Of a stretch of 64,000 nucleotides of DNA, positions 48,746 to 57,499 are shown piece after piece. A program made the translations under genes and the position numbers. The stretch comes from a virus, in the IMG/VR virus record IMGVR_UViG_3300046777_002520, positions 64,001 through 128,000 of that record. One strand, written 5' to 3'. The notes beneath the pieces were generated by a model. It searched no databases. It was not told the origin of the DNA and saw only the letters and a program-made list of their open reading frames with translations. Every line of letters begins with the position of its first letter. The stretch's first letter is position 1.

Positions 48746-50653
48746 ATGCCAACGCGCACGACCATAGGCCAGCTACTCGTCAACGAAGCTCTTCCTGAGG
48801 AGTACAGGGACTATGACCGTGTGATGGACAGCAAGACTGTCCAGAAGATCATGCAGTCCGTGGCTGACAAGAACCCTGACCAGTACAGGGATGTCCTGAA
48901 AAGGCTCTTTGACGCTGGCAGGGATGTCGCCTACAGGACGGGTGGCTTCTCGTTCGGCCTGGACTCCCTCAGGACAGCCGTAGCCTCCAAGCGCATTCGC
49001 TACGAGCTGGAGAACAAGATCAACCAGATCCAGTCCACTCCAGGTCTTGACGATAAGACTCGCAACGAGGCCATCGTCAACACGGTGCTTCAGTACCAGA
49101 AGCCCCTGGAAGACGACATCATGGCCGAGTCCAAGGCCGAGCAGAACCCTCTGGCGCTGCAGGTGCTGTCAGGCTCCAGAGGCAAGCCCTCCAACCTGAA
49201 GTCGCTGCGTGGCGGCGACCTGCTGTACACCGACCACAGGGATCGGGCCATTCCCATTCCCGTGCTGAACTCCTTCAGCTCTGGGCTGACGCCTGCCGAG
49301 TACTTCGCTGGCAGCTTCGGTGCCCGTAAGGGTGTCGTCGATACCAAGTTCTCGGTGCAGCACTCTGGCTTCTTCTCCAAGCAGCTCAACCAGCTGGGCC
49401 ACAGGCTGATCGTCACGGCCAAGGACTCCGACGACGAGGAGTTTGTCCGCGACAGGGGTATGCCTGTCGCGGTGGACGATCCCGACAACGAGGGCTCGCT
49501 GCTGGCCATTTCGGTGGCAGGCTATCCGCGCAACACGGCCCTGACGCCCAAGGTTTTGAAGGACCTGCAAGCAAAAGGTATCAAGAAGATAGCCGTGCGT
49601 AGTCCCGTGGCGTCTGGCTCTCCAGACGGAGGCCTGTATGCGCGAGATGTTGGAATTCGTGAGCGTGGGGGCTTACCTGGTGTTGGGGACTTTGTGGGCA
49701 TTGCAGCGGTGCAGGCACTCAGCGAACCAATCTCACAGGGAACCCTGAGCTCCAAGCACAGTGGTGGCGTGGCTGGCGGCAAGTCGATCTCGGGCTTCAA
49801 GGTGCTGAACCAGCTGATTCAGTCTCCAAAGCAGTCGCCCTACTGGGCCTCACACGCCCAGATGGACGGCAAGATCTCGGCCATACAGCCTGCCCCCACG
49901 GGTGGCAGCTTCGTCTACATCAAGGACATGCCCCACTACGTCAACCCAGAAGCCGCCATCAAGTACAAGGTGGGCGATGAGGTGGAAGCTGGGGACATTC
50001 TGTCCGACGGCGTGCCCAATCCTGCCGAGTTCGTCAAGCACAAGGGTCTTGGCGAAGGCAGACGGCAGTTCGTCAACGCCTTCAGGTCGTCGATGCAGGA
50101 AGCAGGCCTGGGAGCGCACCGTAGAAACATCGAGATGCTGTCACGTGGTGTCATCAACCATGTGCGCCTCAACGATGCCGTGGGCGACTATATGCCTGAT
50201 GACATCATTCCTTACGACATGTTTGAGAGAAACTGGCAGCCTAGAGCTGGCAATAAGCAGGTAGCTATCAATGCTGCCAAGGGTAAGTATCTAGAAAAGC
50301 CTATTTTGCACTACACGGTTGGTACAAGGTTAACTCCTAGCGTTATGAAGGAGCTTAACGACTTCAATATTAAAGACGTTACAGTACACGACGAACCTCC
50401 ACCGTTTGAGCCTCACTTCTTGCGTGGATTAGACAATTTACAGTATGATCCAGATTGGATGACTCGTATGTTGGGTTCCAATCTGCAGAAGTCAACGCTT
50501 AAGGCTGTCTGGTCTGGAGCCACGTCTGACGAGTCTGGTACTTCATTTGTGCCTTCTCTGGCCAAGTCTGTCGGCTTCGGGCAGGGCGGCAAGATCAAGA
50601 GCTACGACCCCAAGGAAGTAGCCAAGCCATCCAGCGACGGCGGTGTTCTATGA
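48746..50653 (+). CDS. RNA polymerase beta' subunit, C-terminal half
   Basis: TTIGQ start, SGSRG, bridge helix YFAGSFGARKGVVDT, trigger loop SEPISQGTLSSKHSGG, RRNIEMLSR. Confidence 0.9.
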   Translation: MPTRTTIGQLLVNEALPEEYRDYDRVMDSKTVQKIMQSVADKNPDQYRDVLKRLFDAGRDVAYRTGGFSFGLDSLRTAVASKRIRYELENKINQIQSTPGLDDKTRNEAIVNTVLQYQKPLEDDIMAESKAEQNPLALQVLSGSRGKPSNLKSLRGGDLLYTDHRDRAIPIPVLNSFSSGLTPAEYFAGSFGARKGVVDTKFSVQHSGFFSKQLNQLGHRLIVTAKDSDDEEFVRDRGMPVAVDDPDNEGSLLAISVAGYPRNTALTPKVLKDLQAKGIKKIAVRSPVASGSPDGGLYARDVGIRERGGLPGVGDFVGIAAVQALSEPISQGTLSSKHSGGVAGGKSISGFKVLNQLIQSPKQSPYWASHAQMDGKISAIQPAPTGGSFVYIKDMPHYVNPEAAIKYKVGDEVEAGDILSDGVPNPAEFVKHKGLGEGRRQFVNAFRSSMQEAGLGAHRRNIEMLSRGVINHVRLNDAVGDYMPDDIIPYDMFERNWQPRAGNKQVAINAAKGKYLEKPILHYTVGTRLTPSVMKELNDFNIKDVTVHDEPPPFEPHFLRGLDNLQYDPDWMTRMLGSNLQKSTLKAVWSGATSDESGTSFVPSLAKSVGFGQGGKIKSYDPKEVAKPSSDGGVL

Positions 50654-51759
50654 ACCTATTTGAGCAACTGGGCAAGGCTGCAGCTAGTAATCTGATCAAG
50701 CAGGCTGGTTTGATGGAAAGCCTGCCTGAGCCTGCGCAGCGCGCCTTGGTTCAGGGCGGTATCGGTGCCCTGCTCGGCGGCGCGCTGGGTGGAGTCAAAG
50801 GGCTTATTGCTCCAGATGAGGAAGTGGACTCCGACGGCCAGCCGACGGGCAAGCGCAAAGGCAGACTGGCTTCAGCCCTGCGCAACGGCCTGATCGGCGC
50901 TGGCGTTGGTGGTGGCGTCGGCGCTATACGTGGCGGTGTGCGCGGCTATTTTGACTCCAAGCGCAAGCAGATGCTTCCTCCAAGTTTGGGCGGTTCCAAC
51001 CCGAATCCAATACCTGCTCCAAGACCCACCGACGCTCCCAAGCCGTCGGCTCCTAGCGGAAAGCCCAAGACAAAGCTGCAGGAGGCCAGGGAAAAAGGCG
51101 GTCCTGTGATAATCAACAGGCCCAAGTCTGACAACACAGATAACTTTGATGCCAAGCGCAGGGATGCAGAATTAGACGCAAGAATGGATAAGGATATAGC
51201 CGCTGCGACAAAAGGTATTCCTCGATTTACTAATGAAAGCTTAGACACGATTAAAAAACAACAAGCTAAGCACATTGAAAGCTTACAATACTTATTGGGT
51301 GAATCACAAAGGCCAGACGGAAATGCTTCAAGATCGCCTCAAGAGTACAAACAGTTGCTCGAAAAGGCAAAAGACGACTTTAAACAAATAGAAAACTGGC
51401 AAAATAGTCCTTCCACTAGTCTGATGCTCCATCAGCAGTTGCTGCTGGACAAAGCTATACGCAATGCAGGGCCTAATACGTTTGTAGGTCACAACTACGA
51501 CAAAAAAACAAAGCTACCAAAAGATTATTTGTTAGCTTACCCAAAAGACGGAAAGCCTCTTAACAATTTGCCAGCTTGGATGGACAGTAACTACGGCTTT
51601 TCACCAAAAACTAAAGAAATAGCTTTGGCACAAAACGAAGTAGGTAATCTTTTTGCTTATCCGCAAACGCAGGAAGCCCAAAACAAATTAGAATTGATAC
51701 TAGACAGACTTAGAGAACCATCAGAAAGAAAATTCGATTACTACACGGATTACAGATAG
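50650..51759 (+). CDS. Putative virion protein with glycine-zipper hairpin
   Basis: Leader ending IKQA; GGIGALLGGALGG...KRKGR...GLIGAGVGGGVG; AT-rich variable C-terminus. Confidence 0.7.
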   Translation: MNLFEQLGKAAASNLIKQAGLMESLPEPAQRALVQGGIGALLGGALGGVKGLIAPDEEVDSDGQPTGKRKGRLASALRNGLIGAGVGGGVGAIRGGVRGYFDSKRKQMLPPSLGGSNPNPIPAPRPTDAPKPSAPSGKPKTKLQEAREKGGPVIINRPKSDNTDNFDAKRRDAELDARMDKDIAAATKGIPRFTNESLDTIKKQQAKHIESLQYLLGESQRPDGNASRSPQEYKQLLEKAKDDFKQIENWQNSPSTSLMLHQQLLLDKAIRNAGPNTFVGHNYDKKTKLPKDYLLAYPKDGKPLNNLPAWMDSNYGFSPKTKEIALAQNEVGNLFAYPQTQEAQNKLELILDRLREPSERKFDYYTDYR

Positions 51760-51771
51760 AGGCTGCGTAGC

Positions 51772-54210
51772 ATGACAGACATCACCAAGCTGGCTGAGCA
51801 GGCTGCTGACCAAGTTATCAGCGAGACCTCTGCCAAGAAGAAAAAGAAGAAAACCTCTCCTGCGTGGTTGCTGGCTCCTGCTGGCCTGGGAGCCGCAGCT
51901 GGGCTTGGTGGTGCTTACGCTCTGGCGTCAGACTCGCACGCTGCCAACCTAAGCAAGGCCATAGAGAACAGCAAGACGCCTCTAGGCCCAGACGAGACTC
52001 CACTCACACGTTACACGCAGACCATGAGCCAGCTGGCCAACTCCACGCCAGGTGGTGTGCCTATTGGCGAGATTTTGGCCAAGGCCCGATCTTCCGCTGA
52101 CCTGATGAAGCGAGTCGGTATCGGTGAAGCCTACGCTGCCACCACTCCTGGAGCTTTTCAAGAAGCGCGTATGCACTACGACGCTTTCAGAAAAGGCCCT
52201 ATTGCAGCGTTGTATCACATGATGCAGCCAGAAGCCAGAGGCAATACGGCCATTCCTCAGGAACTGGTGCCAGACAGACTCAAGGGAAAAGTGAACAACT
52301 ACGGCGAAGCCATGAATCCCCATTTCAGGGACGCTTGGAAGAAATTCGTCGCCAAGAAGCTGCCAGGAGCTGCTGGTTGGATCTCCCCTCTGGAGATTGA
52401 CACCAAGGTCATTCCGTACAAGGACCAGCTTGAGTTCTTCAAGGAATATGAGAACAGCATTCCAGCCGATCTCAAGGCCCTGCGCAAGAACGTTGAAGGC
52501 GGTATGGGTGAAGGCCTGGCTGGCAACACCAGAAACTATATGCCCATAGCCGAGTCTGCCCTGAAAGCTAGACAGCTGATGAAGAACGTCGGCATCACCT
52601 CGGCAGGCGCTGGCGCAGGCGGTCTGTTGGGCCACTACCTGCACGGAGCGCTGGCTGATCAGGAGAACCCCAGCACTCTGGGCTATCTGGCCTCGACGCT
52701 GGGTGGCGCAGGTCTGGGTGGAGCAGCCAGTTATTTCGGCGGTACCGAGCAGGGCAGGCAGCAGGCCTCCAACCTGATCGGCAAGCTGATGTCGATGATG
52801 CAGAAGAAGTCCGCTGCTGGCGACAAGATCGAGTCGTCCTCGGTAACAGATCCAAAAGCCAAAGACTATCTTCCCAAGCCAGGCACACAGACCTATTACG
52901 CCAACGAGGATACAGGCTACAAGACTATGCCTACTCCAGGCAGTCCTGAAGACCTGAAGATGAAACAACAGGCTCTAGGACCCGTAGGCCCAGGCGCGCC
53001 AGCTCCCGCAGCGCCTCCTGCAGCTCCTGCGCCTCAGGCTACCCAACCTGCCCCAGCTCCAGCGCCTGCTCCTGCTCCCCAGCAGGGCAACTGGCTCAGC
53101 AACCTGCCGACATCCCAGGCCCTGGTGCCTCTGGGGGGTATGGCTCTGGGTGGTCTGGTAGGCAACATGATGGGCGGTGGTGACGAGGACGAGGAACCCA
53201 GCACACTCAGAAGGCTTCTTTACACTCTGGGCGGCGTTGGCTTGGGCGGCGCTGCTGGTTACTTTGGCGGTACTTCACAAGGGAGAGAAACGATGTCCAA
53301 CGCATACAACAGCCTTTTCGGCAAGAAGCAGGCAGCAGCCAACAAGCTCAACGGTCTGCTGAGCAAGAAGGCAGCCGAGAAATGCGACTGCTGCAAGAAG
53401 ACACCCTGCCAGTGTCCTCCTGACTGCTCCTGCGGCTGCAAGCAGAAGATGGCTGCTAGCAAGCCTGGGCTGTGGGCCAACATTCACGCCAAGAAGCAGC
53501 GTGGTGAAGCGCCTGCCAAGCCTGGCGACAAGGACTATCCCGACGCCAAGAACTGGAAGAAAGTGACGGAGGAGTCCGAGAAGAAGGCTCTGTTCGGCTT
53601 TGGGGCCAAGAAGCCCAAGGGCATGACCGTAGAAGAAGCTTCCAAGCTGGTCGATCCGATGCTGATGGCCAGAGCGGCTATGCTCAACGAGCTGTTCGAG
53701 GCGTCGCAGGACCCGACAGGCAAGGCTGTGCGCAAGAAGTTCAAGAACCCCCAGTTCAGGTCCATGTTCTTTGAGGGCATGACTCCTGAGATGTATGACG
53801 CCGTGTCAGTACCTGCCGAGAAGAAGGCCTCGCCTGCCTGGCAGACCTCCGAAGGCAAGAGCGAGTCTGGCGGTCTGAACGACAAGGGCCGAGCCAGCCT
53901 CAAGGCGCAGGGACACGACATCAAGCGTCCCCAGCCTGAGGGCGGTCCCCGTAAGGACAGCTTCTGCGCCCGTATGAAGGGCATGAAGTCCAAGCTGACC
54001 TCGGAAGAGACGGCCAGAGATCCCGACAGCCGCATCAACAAGGCACTGCGCAAGTGGAAGTGCGGCAGCGCCAACGAGAAGATGGCGGCTCTGGCCGAAC
54101 TTGCAGCCAACACGCTGGGCAAGGCCATCGAAGGACCCAGGAAGGAAAAAGGATCTGGCATCAAGATCCAAATCGGCTCGGCCGCTCCCATCGCCAACTT
54201 CTTCCGCTAA
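51772..54210 (+). CDS. Modular polyprotein-like virion protein: glycine-zipper hairpins, Cys-rich segment, GLWANIH module, DUF6321-like module
   Basis: Modules are separated by K-x-A motifs. SPAWQ.SEGK..SGGLN.KGR...SFCARM.GMK.KLTS..TA.DPDSRINKALRKWKC recalls DUF6321. Confidence 0.7.
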   Translation: MTDITKLAEQAADQVISETSAKKKKKKTSPAWLLAPAGLGAAAGLGGAYALASDSHAANLSKAIENSKTPLGPDETPLTRYTQTMSQLANSTPGGVPIGEILAKARSSADLMKRVGIGEAYAATTPGAFQEARMHYDAFRKGPIAALYHMMQPEARGNTAIPQELVPDRLKGKVNNYGEAMNPHFRDAWKKFVAKKLPGAAGWISPLEIDTKVIPYKDQLEFFKEYENSIPADLKALRKNVEGGMGEGLAGNTRNYMPIAESALKARQLMKNVGITSAGAGAGGLLGHYLHGALADQENPSTLGYLASTLGGAGLGGAASYFGGTEQGRQQASNLIGKLMSMMQKKSAAGDKIESSSVTDPKAKDYLPKPGTQTYYANEDTGYKTMPTPGSPEDLKMKQQALGPVGPGAPAPAAPPAAPAPQATQPAPAPAPAPAPQQGNWLSNLPTSQALVPLGGMALGGLVGNMMGGGDEDEEPSTLRRLLYTLGGVGLGGAAGYFGGTSQGRETMSNAYNSLFGKKQAAANKLNGLLSKKAAEKCDCCKKTPCQCPPDCSCGCKQKMAASKPGLWANIHAKKQRGEAPAKPGDKDYPDAKNWKKVTEESEKKALFGFGAKKPKGMTVEEASKLVDPMLMARAAMLNELFEASQDPTGKAVRKKFKNPQFRSMFFEGMTPEMYDAVSVPAEKKASPAWQTSEGKSESGGLNDKGRASLKAQGHDIKRPQPEGGPRKDSFCARMKGMKSKLTSEETARDPDSRINKALRKWKCGSANEKMAALAELAANTLGKAIEGPRKEKGSGIKIQIGSAAPIANFFR

Positions 54211-54222
54211 GAAACTGTACAA

Positions 54223-54254
54223 AACCTCGGTACTTGTGAATAAGTACCGAGGTT
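54223..54254. terminator. Intergenic 13-bp hairpin (terminator or processing/regulatory site)
   Basis: AACCTCGGTACTT-gtgaat-AAGTACCGAGGTT; A-run on the 5' side, weak U-tail on the plus strand. Confidence 0.55.
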
Positions 54255-54267
54255 ATGTAGGTGCAGC

Positions 54268-54633
54268 ATGAACGCCAGAATACAACTCATCAAAGCCGTG
54301 CTGGCCGCAGGCACTGAGAAGTCCGCTCAGAACCTGCAGCAAACCCTTGCCAAGGCAGCAGCCTGCTGGAAGGGCTACGAGCGCGTCCCTGGCACCAAGG
54401 CTATGACACCTGGCTCATGCAGGCCCGTCGGTGAGGGCAAGGACAAAAAGAAAAAAGAAAAGAAGGCGTTCATCAACAGCGCGCGTGAGGCTCTGGGCAA
54501 GTATGTGCAGGAGAAGACTGATCCTGCCAGCTACATCAATACCGACAACCTTGAAGCCATTCTCAAGCACTACTCCAAGGTCAAGCCCCAGCTGCTCAGG
54601 CTTTTGCAGGAAGAGCAGGAGCTAGAGCAGTGA
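54268..54633 (+). CDS. Small virion-type protein with CWKGY...C module
   Basis: EKSA, AKAA-A-CWKGYERVPGTKAMTPGSC, EKKA. Confidence 0.65.
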   Translation: MNARIQLIKAVLAAGTEKSAQNLQQTLAKAAACWKGYERVPGTKAMTPGSCRPVGEGKDKKKKEKKAFINSAREALGKYVQEKTDPASYINTDNLEAILKHYSKVKPQLLRLLQEEQELEQ

Positions 54634-54634
54634 T

Positions 54635-56113
54635 ATGAGCAAACCAGACCTCAACCTGGCTTTGCGCTATCTGGAGCATAAACAGGCTGCCATCAATCCC
54701 GATGTCACGCCTCAGGAACACCAACAGCGTGTGGCTGACAGGCTGTCTGGGGCCAACCCCAGGCTGCTTGTCTACCACGGTCTAGGCACGGGCAAGTCCC
54801 TTGCCTCCATTCTTGCGGCTGAGCAGGCTGGCGGCGATTATGGCATAGTCGCCCCAGCCGCTTTGCGCCAGAACTTCAACAAGGAAATCGAGAAGTTCAC
54901 GGAAGGCAGCAACCCTGAGGTGATGTCCTACACGGGTCTCGGCATGGGCAAGCAGTTTGCCAAGCAGCCAGAGACGCTGATCGTGGACGAGGCGCATAGG
55001 CTGCGCAATCCGTCTGGCAAGGCCAACAAGGCCATCGCGGACCAAGCTGCCAAAGCCAAGCGCCTGATGCTGCTGACAGGCTCACCCATCGTCAACTCGC
55101 CCACAGACCTGGCGGCTCCCATCAGCCTGCTCAACAACATCAACTTGTCTCCAGAGAAGTTTGAAGAGGACTTCATCGACTACAAGAAGGTCAACCCTGG
55201 CTTCTTCGCCAGTCTGCGTGGCGTGACGGCTGGAGAGAAGCCAGCCATCAAGAACGAGGCCAGGCTGCGCGAGCTGCTCAAGGGTAAGGTCGATTACCAG
55301 CCCAGCAAGACTCCAGAGGGCGTCTCCGTCAACGAGGAGATCGTCGATGCGCCCATGTCTGCGGACCAGGAGCGCATTCAGAACGCCATTCGCAAAAAGA
55401 TCCCTCTCAAGTTCCTGTGGAAGCTCGACAAGGAGTTCCCCCTGTCCAGAAACGAGATCACCAAGCTGAACGCTTTTCTGTCAGGCCTCAGGCAGGTGTC
55501 TCTGTCCACGCAGCCGTTTCGGGCTGACAAGGACCCCCTCAAGTCGTTCGAGCAGTCTGGTAAGCTGACCACGGCCATGAACAAGCTCAAGGACTTGCTG
55601 GCGTCTGATCCGCGTAAGAAAGCAATCATCTACTCCAACTTCGTGCAGTCAGGTCTGGACCCTTACGCTGCAGCCCTGGCCAAGGAAAAGATACCGTACG
55701 GCTACTTCCATGGCGGTATCAGCGAAGCGGATAGGAAGAAAGCTGTAGACGAGTATAATGCAGGTAAGCTCAAGGCTCTATTGATTGGACCAGCTGGTGC
55801 AGAGGGTTTAAGCACCAAGGGAACAAGTCTTATACAGCTTTTGGACCCTTACTGGAATGAGACTAGGTCTAACCAGGCACAAGGCAGGGGTTTACGCTTT
55901 GATTCCCATATAGGTTTACCTGAAGAACTTAAAGACGTTAAAGTACAGAAGTTTATCAGCAAGGGTCAGCAGCCTTCCACATTGATGCGATGGCTCGGTG
56001 CCAAACCAGTCAGGACAGGCGATGAGATGCTGCAGTCTATGGCTGCATCCAAGGAAGAGCTGAACGAGCGCTTCAAGAAGCTGCTGCAGGAAGAGGGGTC
56101 CAAGCGTGAATAA
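54635..56113 (+). CDS. Superfamily 2 (SNF2-like) helicase/ATPase
   Basis: HGLGTGKS (Walker A), IVDEAHRLRN, LTGSP..N, GAEGL, DPYWN, QAQGRGLR..SH. Confidence 0.9.
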   Translation: MSKPDLNLALRYLEHKQAAINPDVTPQEHQQRVADRLSGANPRLLVYHGLGTGKSLASILAAEQAGGDYGIVAPAALRQNFNKEIEKFTEGSNPEVMSYTGLGMGKQFAKQPETLIVDEAHRLRNPSGKANKAIADQAAKAKRLMLLTGSPIVNSPTDLAAPISLLNNINLSPEKFEEDFIDYKKVNPGFFASLRGVTAGEKPAIKNEARLRELLKGKVDYQPSKTPEGVSVNEEIVDAPMSADQERIQNAIRKKIPLKFLWKLDKEFPLSRNEITKLNAFLSGLRQVSLSTQPFRADKDPLKSFEQSGKLTTAMNKLKDLLASDPRKKAIIYSNFVQSGLDPYAAALAKEKIPYGYFHGGISEADRKKAVDEYNAGKLKALLIGPAGAEGLSTKGTSLIQLLDPYWNETRSNQAQGRGLRFDSHIGLPEELKDVKVQKFISKGQQPSTLMRWLGAKPVRTGDEMLQSMAASKEELNERFKKLLQEEGSKRE

Positions 56114-56768
56114 CATAGAGAAAATAGCCAAGCTGGCAGCGAACAGGGCTTACCCTTTGCTGAAACGTGCCAACTTTGGTGAGAGCGTATTCGAGTGGGG
56201 CAAGGCCCAGACGGCTCCTGGCCAGCTGCAGAAGCAGCTGGAAAGCTTCAATCTGCCCAAGAACCAGATGTTCATGTCGATGATGGCCCAGAATGCTATG
56301 CCTCTGTTTGAGGCTGCAGGCAACGTCGGAGGGCTGCCAGCCATCGCTGGGCTTTTGGACATGTTCAGGGGTGGCGGTAACATCGGCATGTTGCTGCGAG
56401 GCAAGGACAACTCCAGCCCGTTGGCGCTGCTGCGTTCCTCAACAGCTGCCGATCCCGAGGCTGTCTTTGATCCCCAGCAGCTGCAGAAAGCCATGCAGCC
56501 CAACGTCAACCTGACGCCTCCAGCCGCTCCTGGCGTGGTAACGCCTCCCCCTCCTCCTGCTGCCCCAGTCCAGCAGCAGCCTGCCCCAGCGCCTGCACCT
56601 ACTCCTCCACCTGTGCCTGCTCCAGTCCCTGCCCCAGCGCCACCAGCACTAAAGCCTGCTACTAACCAAAGCAAGCCATTACAGCCGTATACCAATATTC
56701 AACAGGTACCTCCAAAGATCACTGCGTCTAAGCCCATTGATTCGATGCAGCAAGTGAAGCCATTCTGA
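56106..56768 (+). CDS. Hypothetical protein with Pro/Ala-rich C-terminus
   Basis: EKIA, KLAA and LKRA leader; PAPAP linker. Confidence 0.65.
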   Translation: MNNIEKIAKLAANRAYPLLKRANFGESVFEWGKAQTAPGQLQKQLESFNLPKNQMFMSMMAQNAMPLFEAAGNVGGLPAIAGLLDMFRGGGNIGMLLRGKDNSSPLALLRSSTAADPEAVFDPQQLQKAMQPNVNLTPPAAPGVVTPPPPPAAPVQQQPAPAPAPTPPPVPAPVPAPAPPALKPATNQSKPLQPYTNIQQVPPKITASKPIDSMQQVKPF

Positions 56769-56843
56769 TCTGTCGAATATGGACAGGGCTTAGCGTTACT
56801 GATAGAGTTTTAAATAGAGCTCATACAAACATAGGTGTTTAAC

Positions 56844-57482
56844 ATGGCAGAAAAACGTGCTTTCCTTGAGACGTTTAACTCACTGTCACCCCAGATGAAA
56901 GGCGCGCTTATCGGCGGCTTGGTGGGCGCAGGCGGCGCTGCTCTGTTTGGCAAGCGCAAGAACATGCTTCAGAACATGTTGATGTTCGGAGGCTTGGGCG
57001 CTGCAGGCGGTTACGGCTTGGGGCATCTCTATAGAAGTATGCAGCCCAACATTCCTGGACTGGGTGGCGTGGCGAAAGGCGTCAACGCTGCTGCAGGCAC
57101 AGCCAGCAAGGTGTTGCCAGCTGCTGCCACAGCCGTGCCAGCAGCCATGATGGGCAACATGACTCCAGCCATGAACACAGCCAAGGGCGTGATGAGTGGC
57201 GCTGCCGACCTGGGCAGAAACATCACCTCAGGCGTTTCTTCGATGATTCCAGCAGCCAGCGACGCCTCCAAGTGGATGGGCAGAGCCATCAGCGCTGGCA
57301 AGATTCAAAACGCTTACAACACAGCAACTAACGCTATCAGCAACCAGCAAGCCAAGGGGCCAGCAGGTAGAGCTGCAGCCGCTGTCAAGAACGCGCCTCC
57401 AATGCACACTCCTGTCCAATCCTGGGCAAACGAGGCCTACCGTCCGACAAACTCGCACGCAGCTCCAGGGTATCTCGACTAA
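56844..57482 (+). CDS. Putative virion protein with glycine-zipper hairpin
   Basis: AGGTG RBS; MAEKRA leader; GALIGGLVGAGG...KRK...GGLGAAGGYGLG. Confidence 0.7.
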   Translation: MAEKRAFLETFNSLSPQMKGALIGGLVGAGGAALFGKRKNMLQNMLMFGGLGAAGGYGLGHLYRSMQPNIPGLGGVAKGVNAAAGTASKVLPAAATAVPAAMMGNMTPAMNTAKGVMSGAADLGRNITSGVSSMIPAASDASKWMGRAISAGKIQNAYNTATNAISNQQAKGPAGRAAAAVKNAPPMHTPVQSWANEAYRPTNSHAAPGYLD

Positions 57483-57499
57483 CCAGAGAGGTCCGACTC

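Noticed and set aside
42091-50653. Cellular (bacterial chromosome) rpoBC locus
   Set aside because: Highly divergent motifs, no flanking ribosomal-protein operon, and a context of tail fibres, PhoH and ORFans indicate a viral origin.
47710-56804. ACTGATA at 47710, 47733 and 56798 as a phage late-promoter motif
   Set aside because: Only three copies of a 7-mer in two intergenic regions; not distinguishable from chance without genome-wide statistics.
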